This document shows positions 1 to 9,617 of a stretch of 64,000 bases of DNA, in pieces. Location of the stretch: positions 8,019-72,018 of the forward strand of contig JAURGZ010000004.1 in assembly GCA_030833525.1 (NCBI GenBank), written 5' to 3'. Positions within the stretch are counted from its first letter, which is position 1, and each line of letters starts with the position of its first letter. The DNA is from Bacteroidota bacterium (lineage in GTDB: Bacteria; Bacteroidota; Bacteroidia; NS11-12g; UBA955). The translations under genes and the position numbers were made by a program. The notes beneath the pieces are model-generated. The model did not search any database and was not told where the DNA came from. It was given only the letters and a program-made list of their open reading frames with translations.

Positions 1-791
1 AAATGGGTCCAGGCCCCGTTTAACCATGCAAATACTTGCATTTTTTCGGTGATGGAATCAGCCATGAATGCATCAGCTTGAGAGCGGTAATTGGTTCTGG
101 CTTTTCCATGCACTCGCCCCGATGCATCACGCAGTTCTATGGGTATATCGCTGTAGCTGTGGCTGGGTCCATTGATTTCAATGGTGATTCTATTGCCGAT
201 CAAATCCCAGCCCCAACGGGATTCATGGGCCCGAATGGCTTCTTGTTTGTGCAAGGTTTCGAATTCTTCCCAGTGGTCTAGGTCGCTCCATCTTCCTGCG
301 GTTAGGACTCGGGCTGAACCGCTCGGACTGGCTACAGCAGCAAGGCTCTCGGGTTCTGGAACGGCTCGGCTCAGGCTGGGTATGTCATCCATCATGGCTG
401 CACGGCCGTAGGCTAATTTGCCTTTGACGTCATCGCTTTCTGCCGCATCGCCAAAATCCCATCTTATGCTGTTGGTTTCGCTGAGGTGATCGGCCAGAGC
501 CGAGTGGCGTTGCAAGCGGTTTGGCTCTGAAAGGGCAATGGATTTAACCTGCGCTGAACCCCTGGCAAGTCCTTGCTGGGTGTACAAGTCGTAGGTTCCC
601 GCTTTCAATCGGGAAAAAGAAAATTCTCCAAAGGGCCCCAAAGGGCAAGAATCCAAGCAGTTTTCGCTGCCACTGTCTTTGGCATAGAGCCAACGCGAAT
701 GCGGTGAAACGGAAGCAGGGGATTTTGAAACAGGGCTGTTTCCCAGAAGCGCAAGGGAAATCAAGGTGCCCAACCATGTTTGTGTATTCAT
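1..791 (-). CDS. Secreted protein, probably VWA-domain family; partial (runs off the left edge, absent from ORF track)
   Basis: Manual translation from ATG at 791 stays open to base 1 (MNTQTWLGTLISLALLGNSP...VLTAGRWSDLDHWEEF...). It has a signal-peptide-like N-terminus. The LTAGxWxDLDxW motif resembles the one preceding vWA domains in Bacteroidota proteins. Confidence 0.65.
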   Translation of the reverse strand, partial: MNTQTWLGTLISLALLGNSPVSKSPASVSPHSRWLYAKDSGSENCLDSCPLGPFGEFSFSRLKAGTYDLYTQQGLARGSAQVKSIALSEPNRLQRHSALADHLSETNSIRWDFGDAAESDDVKGKLAYGRAAMMDDIPSLSRAVPEPESLAAVASPSGSARVLTAGRWSDLDHWEEFETLHKQEAIRAHESRWGWDLIGNRITIEINGPSHSYSDIPIELRDASGRVHGKARTNYRSQADAFMADSITEKMQVFAWLNGAWTH

Positions 792-870
792 ACGTGGCCT
801 TAATGCAGCATTGTGCAAAAAGGTAAACGCCCATGTTCGGCATTCAAGCAATTCGCCCATGAGCATGAAT

Positions 871-878
871 TATCTTTG
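871..878 (+). promoter_or_regulatory. Bacteroidota -7 promoter element (TATCTTTG) for maeB
   Basis: Exact TAnnTTTG match, 10 nt upstream of ATG 889. Confidence 0.75.
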
Positions 879-888
879 CCCCGTCATT

Positions 889-3150
889 ATGCCTACGAAA
901 AAGATGAACGACGCCTTGAGCTACCATGCTGACGGTCGTCCTGGAAAGATTGAAGTCGTATCTACCAAGCCTACCCAAACGCAATTGGACTTGGCCTTGG
1001 CCTATTCTCCTGGTGTGGCAGAACCTTGCTTGGAGATTGCGGCCAATAAAGAAGATGTTTACAAGTACACGGCCAAAGGCAATTTGGTAGCTGTCATTAG
1101 CAACGGTACTGCCGTATTGGGCTTAGGTGATATTGGTCCCGAAGCTTCCAAACCTGTGATGGAAGGGAAGGGCGTGTTATTCAAAATATTCTCAGACATC
1201 GATGTATTTGATATCGAATTGGATTGCAAAGACGTCGATGAATTCGTTCGCACCGTAAAAGCTATGGAACCCACTTTTGGCGGGGTAAACCTGGAAGACA
1301 TCAAAGCTCCAGAAAGTTTTGAAATCGAGGAGCGATTGAAAGCCGAGTTGAACATTCCCATCATGCACGACGATCAACATGGAACGGCCATCATTTCAGG
1401 AGCCGCTTTGTTGAATGCTCTGAAGATTGTCGACAAGTCCATAGACTCCGTGAAGTTGGTGGTAAACGGGGCTGGTGCCAGTGCCATTGCTTGCTCCAAA
1501 TTGTTCATTGGCCTGGGAGTGAAAAATGAAAACATCGTCATGCTCGATTCCAAAGGAGTCATTCGCAAAGACCGTGGGAATCTCGATAAGTACAAGGCGC
1601 AATTCGCGACCGACCGCGATTTGCATGAACTCAACGATGCTTTAGTGGGTGCTGACGTTTTCGTCGGCTTGAGCAAGGGCAATATATTGAGCCCTGAAAT
1701 GATTTTGAGCATGGCCGCGAACCCCATTGTGTTTGCCATGGCCAATCCCGATCCTGAAATCAATTATGATATGGCCGTTTCTACCCGTTCTGACATTGTC
1801 ATGGCTACGGGTCGCAGCGATTATCCCAACCAGGTGAACAACGTACTTGGATTCCCCTTTATTTTCAGAGGAGCCCTTGACGTTCGAGCCACCGCCATCA
1901 ACGAAGAAATGAAGTTGGCGGCTGTTCGAGCCATTGCCGGTTTAGCGCATGAACCTGTGCCTGAAACCGTTATGATGGCTTATAACGACAATAGCTTGAG
2001 CTTTGGAAGGGAGTATTTGATTCCCAAGCCTATGGATCCTCGTTTGTTAACCACGGTGGCCCCCGCTGTGGCCAAAGCGGCTATGGAAAGTGGAGTGGCC
2101 CGTAAGCCCATCGAGGATTGGGATGCCTACAAAGCTGAATTGCGCCGCCGATTGGGAATGGACAGTGACTTTGCCGATCGATTGATGACCAAAGCCAAGA
2201 AATCACCCAAACGTGTGGTTTTCGCCGAAGCTGATAATGTTCAAATCCTCAGAGCCGCTCAAATTGGTGTGGCTGAAGGCATTTGTCAGCCCATTTTGAT
2301 GGGAGTCGAGGAGAAAATTCGCGGTTTGATGGAGGAGAATAACATTGACATTCCCAGTGCCATCATTGTGGATCCCCGCATGGATGAAGCCAAGCGCCGG
2401 GCCTATGGAGCCAAACTGTTTGAAAAACGAGGACGCAGGGGCATGACTGAATTTGAAGCCGAATATGCCATGCGCAACCGCAACTATTTCGGATCCATGA
2501 TGGTCGAGTTGGGTGAGGCCGATGCCTTTATTAGCGGTTTGACTCGCAATTATCCCATAGCCTTGAAGCCTGCCTTGGAATGCATAGGCATGGATGAAAG
2601 CAGCAACCGAGTTTCGGGCATGCACATCATGATGAGCAAGTCAGGCCCCTTGTTTTTCGCTGATACGACCGTGAACATTTCATACTCCGATGAGCAGTTG
2701 CATTGCATGATCATGAACGTGTACCAACGCGTGAAAGAGTTTCAAATTGAACCCAGAATTGCCTTGATTTCGTATTCGAATTTCGGTTCGAGCGGGGGAG
2801 AGAATCCGCAGCAGTTGCAACGGGTGTTGAAACGCATTCAGTTGGAGTATCCCGACATGAAAATTGATGGAGAAATGCAGCCTGTATATGCTATGAACGG
2901 CGATTTACGATTTAAAAACTACCCCTTCAATAAGCTTGGGAAAGAGGCTGCCAATACCTACATTTTCAGCCAATTGTCCTCAGGCAATTCAGCGTATCAA
3001 CTGATGCGCGGCATGGGTGGAGTGAGTGCGATTGGACCTGTGTTGTTGGGATTCAAAAAGAGCGTTCATATTCTGCACCACAGCAGTTCGGTTCGTGAAA
3101 TTGTGAACATGCTGGCCCTGGCGGTTACCGAAGCCCAAGACAAAGCTTAA
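889..3150 (+). CDS. maeB: NADP-dependent malic enzyme with C-terminal PTA-like domain
   Basis: Motifs [46 protein letters not shown], then a PTA-like domain (RVVFAEA, IDGEMQ). Start moved to ATG 889, downstream of the promoter. Confidence 0.95.
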   Translation: MPTKKMNDALSYHADGRPGKIEVVSTKPTQTQLDLALAYSPGVAEPCLEIAANKEDVYKYTAKGNLVAVISNGTAVLGLGDIGPEASKPVMEGKGVLFKIFSDIDVFDIELDCKDVDEFVRTVKAMEPTFGGVNLEDIKAPESFEIEERLKAELNIPIMHDDQHGTAIISGAALLNALKIVDKSIDSVKLVVNGAGASAIACSKLFIGLGVKNENIVMLDSKGVIRKDRGNLDKYKAQFATDRDLHELNDALVGADVFVGLSKGNILSPEMILSMAANPIVFAMANPDPEINYDMAVSTRSDIVMATGRSDYPNQVNNVLGFPFIFRGALDVRATAINEEMKLAAVRAIAGLAHEPVPETVMMAYNDNSLSFGREYLIPKPMDPRLLTTVAPAVAKAAMESGVARKPIEDWDAYKAELRRRLGMDSDFADRLMTKAKKSPKRVVFAEADNVQILRAAQIGVAEGICQPILMGVEEKIRGLMEENNIDIPSAIIVDPRMDEAKRRAYGAKLFEKRGRRGMTEFEAEYAMRNRNYFGSMMVELGEADAFISGLTRNYPIALKPALECIGMDESSNRVSGMHIMMSKSGPLFFADTTVNISYSDEQLHCMIMNVYQRVKEFQIEPRIALISYSNFGSSGGENPQQLQRVLKRIQLEYPDMKIDGEMQPVYAMNGDLRFKNYPFNKLGKEAANTYIFSQLSSGNSAYQLMRGMGGVSAIGPVLLGFKKSVHILHHSSSVREIVNMLALAVTEAQDKA

Positions 3151-3153
3151 TGC

Positions 3154-3585
3154 ATGGAATGCCGCTGGGTCGAATTCGGTAGCGAGGCTTATTTTCAAGC
3201 CTTAGCGCTGCGCGATGAAGTTCTGCGCAAGCCTCTGGGCCTGTCCTTTGATCCTGAAAGTCTGGCGCTAGAGAAGCACGATACCCATTTGGTGGGTCTC
3301 GTCCATGGCGTGGTGGTGGCTTGTTGCATTTTGACAGCAGCCGGACCTGATGCCAAAATGCGTCAAGTGGCTGTATCTTTTGAAAAACAAGGTCAAAAGC
3401 TGGGTCGATCCCTGGTGGAATTCTCTGAGCAGAAAGCCCGAGAGATGGGGTTTAAACGCATGGTATTGCATGCGAGAATGGGAGCAGTTCCTTTTTATCA
3501 ACGGCTGGGGTATAGCATCGATTCTGAAGAATTCATAGAGGTTGGCATTCCTCATCGAAGCATGAGCAAATTGGTCGAAGGTTGA
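3154..3585 (+). CDS. GNAT family N-acetyltransferase (ElaA/YjcF-like)
   Basis: RQVAV..QGQKLGR acetyl-CoA motif, LHAR..AVPFYQRLGY, EVGIPH. Confidence 0.85.
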   Translation: MECRWVEFGSEAYFQALALRDEVLRKPLGLSFDPESLALEKHDTHLVGLVHGVVVACCILTAAGPDAKMRQVAVSFEKQGQKLGRSLVEFSEQKAREMGFKRMVLHARMGAVPFYQRLGYSIDSEEFIEVGIPHRSMSKLVEG

Positions 3586-3606
3586 CTCAGTCCTCTACGT
3601 GGACCT

Positions 3607-3614
3607 TATCTTTG
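3607..3614 (+). promoter_or_regulatory. -7 promoter element (TATCTTTG) for rseP
   Basis: Exact TAnnTTTG match 6 nt upstream of ATG 3621, with a TTG about 22 nt further upstream. Confidence 0.7.
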
Positions 3615-3620
3615 TAGAGC

Positions 3621-4988
3621 ATGCTAGACACCGTCGTAACCGTTGCGCAGTTCATCATGGCTTTGGGCCTGTTGGTGACCCTTCACGAATTGGGACATTA
3701 CTTGGCCGCTCGCGCCTTTGGAATCAAGGTTGAAAAGTTCTACCTCTTTTTTGATGCATGGGGCTTCAAGCTCTTTTCATTCAAAAAAGGCGATACAGAA
3801 TATGGCATTGGTTGGCTTCCCCTCGGCGGATACGTAAAAATCGCCGGAATGATCGACGAAAGCCTGGATAAGGACCAATTGGCCTCTGAACCTCAGTCTT
3901 GGGAATTTAGAAGCAAGCCCGCTTGGCAGCGTTTGATTGTCATGATCGGTGGGGTCGCCGTCAATTTGGTATTGGGCATCGCCATCATGATTGGCTTGAC
4001 CTACAAACAAGGGGATCGATACCTGCCCATGTCGGCCATCAACGAAAAGGGTGGTGTATACGCCAACCCCATTGCTCGTACCTGGGATTTGCAAACCGGC
4101 GACAAGATTACAGCCATCAATGGCAAGCCATTGGAGCGTTTGAACGACGTCCTGGATGCCTCTTTCCTCATGGGGTCTGAGCGCAGCTTGACGGTTGATA
4201 GAAGCGGTCAGGTTCTGGAATTGGAGTTGCCCGCCAATGCCGAAGAGCAGTTGGGGGAACTGGCCCAAGGGCCATATGCTGAGTTGCCTTTGCTTTCGGC
4301 TCGATTGCCATTTACCGTGAAACAGGTGAGTGGCGGCACCGCAGCTGCCAAAGGAGGGTTGGAAGCGGGTGATCGAGTGTTTTCGATCGACGGTCAGGGA
4401 GTAGAAGATTTTTTCTCTTTCAAGGAGATCTTGATAGATAAAGCGGGAAGCACGGCTCAGTTTGAAATTGGAAAACCCGGTGATCCCGATTCGCTTCACC
4501 GCAAATCGTACATGACCATCAGCGAAGATGGAACCTTGGGTTTCATGCCCGAATTTGGCGATTTGAGCCGTTGGGAAAAGGTTCGTGACTTGGATTTGGG
4601 TAGCAGTGTTGCCATGGGTACTTCTAAGAGCTTCGCCTTGTTGGGGGCAAATGCCTCCGCTTTGGGCAAGGTTTTCAGCGGCAAGACAGACCCCAAAAAG
4701 ACAGTAGCAGGGCCCGTGGGTATCGCACAGATGTACGGTTCCACTTTCGATTGGATCAATTTCTGGACCTTGACAGCCATGTTGAGTTTGGTGCTGGCTT
4801 TGATGAATATTTTGCCCATTCCAGCCCTTGATGGTGGTCATGTCATGTTCCTCTTGTATGAAATGATTGCCCGTCGACCCGTCAGCGAAAAGGTATTGTA
4901 CATCGGTCAAGTGATCGGCATGGTGCTTTTGCTGAGTTTGATGGTCTTCATTTTCTGGGTTGATATTTCCAGAGCCCTTGGTTTTTAA
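3621..4988 (+). CDS. rseP: RIP zinc metalloprotease RseP (M50, PDZ domains)
   Basis: HELGH, PLGGYVKIAG, PDZ-like GLEAGDRV, NILPIPALDGG. Confidence 0.93.
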   Translation: MLDTVVTVAQFIMALGLLVTLHELGHYLAARAFGIKVEKFYLFFDAWGFKLFSFKKGDTEYGIGWLPLGGYVKIAGMIDESLDKDQLASEPQSWEFRSKPAWQRLIVMIGGVAVNLVLGIAIMIGLTYKQGDRYLPMSAINEKGGVYANPIARTWDLQTGDKITAINGKPLERLNDVLDASFLMGSERSLTVDRSGQVLELELPANAEEQLGELAQGPYAELPLLSARLPFTVKQVSGGTAAAKGGLEAGDRVFSIDGQGVEDFFSFKEILIDKAGSTAQFEIGKPGDPDSLHRKSYMTISEDGTLGFMPEFGDLSRWEKVRDLDLGSSVAMGTSKSFALLGANASALGKVFSGKTDPKKTVAGPVGIAQMYGSTFDWINFWTLTAMLSLVLALMNILPIPALDGGHVMFLLYEMIARRPVSEKVLYIGQVIGMVLLLSLMVFIFWVDISRALGF

Positions 4989-5455
4989 TGAACCCGTTTG
5001 AAACTTTTGGCTTAGAACCATCTTTTGCTCTTGATCTGCAAGCGCTTCGCAAGAAATACATTTCCTTGCAGCGCGAGGTCCATCCCGATGTTCAAGGCGG
5101 GTCAGATGAACAAAGCGAATGGCTGAATAAGCATTATGAGATCTTGAAAGATGATCTTCTGCGGGCCCGCTGCCTGCTGGAAATACACGGCAAACAGGAA
5201 CGCGAATTTCCATTGCCCGCCGTTCAACTCATGGCCTGGATGGAAATGGGTGATTGGGTCGAAGAAAATCCAACCCAGGCTGAAAGCGAGTTTGAGGTTT
5301 TAGAGCAGCAGCTGTTGAATCAAAAAAACCGACTGATTCACGAAGCCAATTCTTCGTTTTCTGAGGCCAAATTGGAGGAATTGGCGCATTGGATTCAAGG
5401 GGAATCATACCGCCGACGCTTGCGTAAAATTCACCGCGGGGAGCGCGAATTGTAA
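4988..5455 (+). CDS. hscB: HscB-like J-domain co-chaperone
   Basis: NPFETFGL...LRKKYISLQREVHPD (J-domain HPD), Y..LKD...RA and M.WME HscB-like C-domain. Confidence 0.7.
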   Translation: MNPFETFGLEPSFALDLQALRKKYISLQREVHPDVQGGSDEQSEWLNKHYEILKDDLLRARCLLEIHGKQEREFPLPAVQLMAWMEMGDWVEENPTQAESEFEVLEQQLLNQKNRLIHEANSSFSEAKLEELAHWIQGESYRRRLRKIHRGEREL

Positions 5456-5479
5456 GACCTTTGGCCCTATTTTCGAAGC

Positions 5480-5977
5480 ATGGATAGTCAAACCGAACTG
5501 CTCAACCACGACCAGGTTTGCGCCATTGTGCGTCGAATCGCTTTCCAAGTCGCAGAATCGCACAGCCAAGAGCGGGAATTGGTATTGGTAGGATTGAATG
5601 AGCGTGGTTGGTTCATCGCCCAAATCATGCACCGTGAATTGGTTCAAGTATTGCCTCATCTCCAGATTCACATGCAGCAAGTTTCCAGTATAGGTGCTTT
5701 GAAATTAAATGATGAATACACCCATCAAGTACAAGGCAAGTGCGCAGTGATCGTAGACGATGTGATCAATTCAGGGCACAGCGTCATGGGCATACTATCT
5801 CTGTACCACCAAGCCGGCGCGCGCATCATTCAAACCGCTTTTCTAGCCGAGCGTGAATACCGAAGTTTCCCCGTAACGGCCAACTGGGTGGGTCGAAGCG
5901 TGGCCACCACCTTGCAAGACCATGTCTACTTTGACAACAGCAATCCTCAAGCCTTGAGGGTTTATTTAGCTAATTAA
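5480..5977 (+). CDS. Phosphoribosyltransferase family protein (PyrR-like paralogue)
   Basis: RRIAFQVAE, PRPP-binding VIVDDVINSG, R.YRSFPV.A..VG. Confidence 0.8.
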   Translation: MDSQTELLNHDQVCAIVRRIAFQVAESHSQERELVLVGLNERGWFIAQIMHRELVQVLPHLQIHMQQVSSIGALKLNDEYTHQVQGKCAVIVDDVINSGHSVMGILSLYHQAGARIIQTAFLAEREYRSFPVTANWVGRSVATTLQDHVYFDNSNPQALRVYLAN

Positions 5978-5979
5978 TT

Positions 5980-7071
5980 ATGAAGGTTCCATTTTTTGAC
6001 CTCAAAAGACAATACGAACAACTCAAACCCGAGATTTGGCAGGCCATGAATCGAGTCATGGACCAAACGGCATTTTCTGGAGGTCCATTTGTAAGCCAAT
6101 TGGAAACCGAATTGGCCGCGTTCAATGAAACGGGTTTTGCAGTGGGTGTTAACAACGGCACGAATGCCATTCAATTGGCGCTGTTGGCCTTGGGTATAGG
6201 CCCGGGAGATGAGGTTATCGTACCTGCCAATACCTTCATCGCTACGGCTTGGGGTGTCAGTTATGTGGGTGCGACTCCCGTATTTGCTGATTGCGACCCC
6301 ATGACATGGAACTTGGACCCTGTCGATGCTGAGCGCAAAATCAGTCCCAAAACCAAAGCCATCATTGGGGTTCATTTATACGGTCAACCCTTTAACATAG
6401 ATGCTTTATCGCGTTTGTGTAATGAGAAAGGCATCCATTTGATGGAAGACAATGCTCAAGCCATGGGCGCTACTTACAAAGGCCGCAAAGTTGGTCAATT
6501 TGGGGTGCTGTCGACCACCAGTTTTTACCCGGGTAAAAACTTGGGTGCTTATGGGGAAGGGGGTGCTGTTTTTGGGCATGACCCGGCTTTGGGTGAAACC
6601 ATTCAGATGTTAAAAAACCACGGTTCTCGCGAACGTTATTACCACGAAGCTTTGGGCTTTAACATGCGCATGGAAGGCCTTCAAGCGGCTGTGCTTTCAG
6701 TGAAATTGCCTCATTTGCCCGCTTGGAACCAACGCCGGCAATTCATAGCAAAAGCCTATCGCCAGTTGAATCATCCAAGATTGCAATTCCAAGCACCTGA
6801 AACTCATGCCGAGTCGGTTTATCACTTGGCTGTAGTTATCCCCGATGACAAACAGGCTTTCCTCACTCACTTGGAAAACGAAGGAGTTGGATATGCCTTT
6901 CACTATCCTGTGCCTTGTCATTTGCAAAAAGCCTATGCACACTTGGGTTATCAAAAAGGCGATTTTCCGCATGCCGAACACCTGGCAGAAAATGGTGTTT
7001 CCTTGCCCATGTTCCCTGAAATGAGCGATGCAGAATTGGAGCGAGTGCTGGAGATTCTGAAGAAATTCTGA
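5980..7071 (+). CDS. DegT/DnrJ/EryC1/StrS family PLP-dependent sugar aminotransferase
   Basis: NGTNAI, GPGDEVIVP, VHLYGQ, EDNAQA, SFYPGKNLGAYGEGG. Confidence 0.92.
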   Translation: MKVPFFDLKRQYEQLKPEIWQAMNRVMDQTAFSGGPFVSQLETELAAFNETGFAVGVNNGTNAIQLALLALGIGPGDEVIVPANTFIATAWGVSYVGATPVFADCDPMTWNLDPVDAERKISPKTKAIIGVHLYGQPFNIDALSRLCNEKGIHLMEDNAQAMGATYKGRKVGQFGVLSTTSFYPGKNLGAYGEGGAVFGHDPALGETIQMLKNHGSRERYYHEALGFNMRMEGLQAAVLSVKLPHLPAWNQRRQFIAKAYRQLNHPRLQFQAPETHAESVYHLAVVIPDDKQAFLTHLENEGVGYAFHYPVPCHLQKAYAHLGYQKGDFPHAEHLAENGVSLPMFPEMSDAELERVLEILKKF

Positions 7072-7116
7072 CCTTCTAGGCAACAAAATGCCTCGGTTCG
7101 GGGTTAATTTCGTAGG

Positions 7117-9615
7117 ATGCCTAGGATTTTGATTTTCATCACCTTGCTGTGTTCGTTGTTCCGATTAGGAGCGACGCACATTGCCGGCGGTGAAATGACC
7201 TATACATACCTAGGGAACAATCAGTATAAACTTCGGCTGGATATTTATATGGATTGCCTGAACGGCAGTGACCAGGCGATTCAGCAGGACTACACCGCGT
7301 ACATCAGCATTTTCAACGGGGGCAACAATAAAATGCTCAGCGGCTACCCCAAAAGTGTGACTCGCTCAGGGCCTAAGCGCATCCAAAAAACCAACTACAA
7401 CTGCATCAAAGTGGCTCCAAACGCATGCGTGGACCATTACTGGTATGAATTGACCGTGACCCTACCACCCAATGCAGGTGGTTATTATGTGTCTTATCAG
7501 CGCTGTTGCCGAAACGGTTCCGTATCCAACCTGAGTCAGCCTGGTAGCACAGGGGCTAATTTTTGGACGCACATTCCCGATGCGAATGATTTTGCCAATA
7601 AAGTGGGCAATACGTCGGCGGTTTTCAAAGAATTGCCCCCGAATTTTCTGTGTACCAATACACCGCTCAAGTTCGATCACTCAGCCACGGATGCCGATGG
7701 TGATAGCCTAACCTATGAATTGTATCAACCCTACAAAGGGGCTAGTTCTTCTGATCCGCAGCCGACCAATGCATTTCAGATGCAACAACCTCCGTTTTCG
7801 CAGGTGAACTTTTTATGGCCCACTTACAGTTACGACAATCCCATCAACGGCAATCCCCCAATGTCCATCGATACGTTTACGGGATTGCTCACCCTTACGC
7901 CTACACGGGCCGGGCAATACGTTGTGGGAATCAAAGTGAAAGAATACCGAAATGGGGTGCTCATAGGTGAAACCCTGCGCGACTATCAATTCAATGTTCA
8001 GGCCTGTGTGATTGATGTGGTCGCCGGTTATTTTGTGCCCAAGCTGGTCTGTGGATTGACCTATCAATTCCAAAATCAAAGTGCCGGTGCACAGCGATAC
8101 CACTGGGATTTTGGCATAGATTCCTTGAGCAACGACACCTCGGCCTCTGGAAACCCTCAATACACGTTTCCCAAAGCGGGCAGTTATAAAGTCAAGCTCT
8201 TTGCCTACAAGAATACGTGTGTCGACAGCTTTGTGGCTCTGATCAATGTGGTAGATCCCATTCTGCCCAAATTACCCAAGGATACCATTCTTTGTGCCGG
8301 TAGTAAAATCATCATTCGCTCGGCAACCAAAGGTGATTCTTACCGCTGGAGTACCGGTTCCTACGATGATTCCTTGGTCATTACCCAACCCGGTCAATAC
8401 TGGGTCAGGCAGTATATCAAATCGTGCTATTGGCACGATACGATTGTCATTGGTTCTGACACCGATCGCATCCAAGTAGTTGGAGATACGGTCTTCTGCA
8501 CCTATGACCCCATTGTTCAAAATCTGCGGGCATCATGGCCTGCGGGTTCATCGGCATGGTCCAAAGGGCAGTTGGAGTGGAGCACCAACCAATCGAGCCC
8601 CAGCATTCGGGTGACTCAACCGGGTTTTTACGTATTAAAAGGGACAACTGAAAACAAATGCGTGAGCACCGATACCGGTTTCATCTATCTGTTTCCTCCC
8701 GTTGAGGTCGACATTCGCGACACCTTATTTTGCCGGGAAACCAACATCGAGTTTGATTCCAAAAACCCTTCACCGGCCATCACAGAATGGAGTACAGGGG
8801 CCAAAGGTCGGTACTGGACCACCAACGGGACAGGCTCTTACTGGGTGCGGGTGACCATAGGTTTGTGCTTCGATCAAGATACCTTTCAACTGGGTTACCA
8901 TCCCATAGAATTTCAAATGGGACCTGATTTGCGCTTCTGCTCGGGAATCGATACCACATTGACCGTGAATCAGAAGGGGCTGAGCAACGTAGTTTGGAAC
9001 AATGAAATTCTGGGCCCCAATTTCCGATTGACGAAGCCGGGAAAAGTCAAGGCCGAGTGGGTCAACTCCCAAGGATGTTACGAGGCAGATTCCTTGATGG
9101 TGAGTCTTTTCCCATTGCCAGGGTTGAATCTGGGGTCTGACACGGTACTTTGTTTGTCAGAGAACCCCACCTTAGATGCCGGCCCGGGCATGGCGGTATA
9201 CCGATGGAGTACGGGAGCCAGTACCCAACGCATTGTTGCGTACGATTCTGGACAATACGTGGTTTGGGTAAAGGACCAAGAGGGTTGCTGGAATTCTGAC
9301 ACCGTTTGGATTGATAAAAAGAAAGACCTTTTCCCGTCGGTTATTTACATGCCCACGGCTTTCACTCCGAACGGAGATGGTCGAAATGATTTTTACCCCA
9401 TGAACCAATACAAGGTAAAAGGTAGTTTGTACAACGTGAAATTATACAACCGCTGGGGTGAAAAGCTCGCTGAGCTGAAAAGTCCTGACTTCAATTGGGA
9501 TGGACGCATCAACGGGGAAGAAGCTCCGCAAGGTGTGTATGTGTACCTGGCTACTTGGATCGGTTGTGACAATGAACGACGTACTTTGATGGGTAATTTC
9601 ACCCTGCTGAGATAA
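7117..9615 (+). CDS. T9SS substrate with PKD domain and type B (gliding-motility-associated) C-terminal domain
   Basis: Signal peptide followed by HIAGGEMTY, RCCRN, PKD WDFG...YTFPKAGSY, Y.WSTG repeats, and C-terminal PTAFTPNGDGRND...NRWGE...WDG...GVYVY...GNFTLLR. Confidence 0.88.
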   Translation: MPRILIFITLLCSLFRLGATHIAGGEMTYTYLGNNQYKLRLDIYMDCLNGSDQAIQQDYTAYISIFNGGNNKMLSGYPKSVTRSGPKRIQKTNYNCIKVAPNACVDHYWYELTVTLPPNAGGYYVSYQRCCRNGSVSNLSQPGSTGANFWTHIPDANDFANKVGNTSAVFKELPPNFLCTNTPLKFDHSATDADGDSLTYELYQPYKGASSSDPQPTNAFQMQQPPFSQVNFLWPTYSYDNPINGNPPMSIDTFTGLLTLTPTRAGQYVVGIKVKEYRNGVLIGETLRDYQFNVQACVIDVVAGYFVPKLVCGLTYQFQNQSAGAQRYHWDFGIDSLSNDTSASGNPQYTFPKAGSYKVKLFAYKNTCVDSFVALINVVDPILPKLPKDTILCAGSKIIIRSATKGDSYRWSTGSYDDSLVITQPGQYWVRQYIKSCYWHDTIVIGSDTDRIQVVGDTVFCTYDPIVQNLRASWPAGSSAWSKGQLEWSTNQSSPSIRVTQPGFYVLKGTTENKCVSTDTGFIYLFPPVEVDIRDTLFCRETNIEFDSKNPSPAITEWSTGAKGRYWTTNGTGSYWVRVTIGLCFDQDTFQLGYHPIEFQMGPDLRFCSGIDTTLTVNQKGLSNVVWNNEILGPNFRLTKPGKVKAEWVNSQGCYEADSLMVSLFPLPGLNLGSDTVLCLSENPTLDAGPGMAVYRWSTGASTQRIVAYDSGQYVVWVKDQEGCWNSDTVWIDKKKDLFPSVIYMPTAFTPNGDGRNDFYPMNQYKVKGSLYNVKLYNRWGEKLAELKSPDFNWDGRINGEEAPQGVYVYLATWIGCDNERRTLMGNFTLLR

Positions 9616-9617
9616 CC

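Noticed and set aside
766..888. ORF-track N-terminal extension of maeB (likewise dnaE 18980, dnaX 43109, S9 peptidase 39611, EVE 63251)
   Set aside because: The extensions run through promoter elements or neighbouring genes, and the family-typical N-termini begin at the downstream starts.
3777..5213. 478-aa antisense ORF over rseP/hscB
   Set aside because: No recognisable motifs, and it lies fully opposite well-supported genes, so it is a codon-bias shadow frame.
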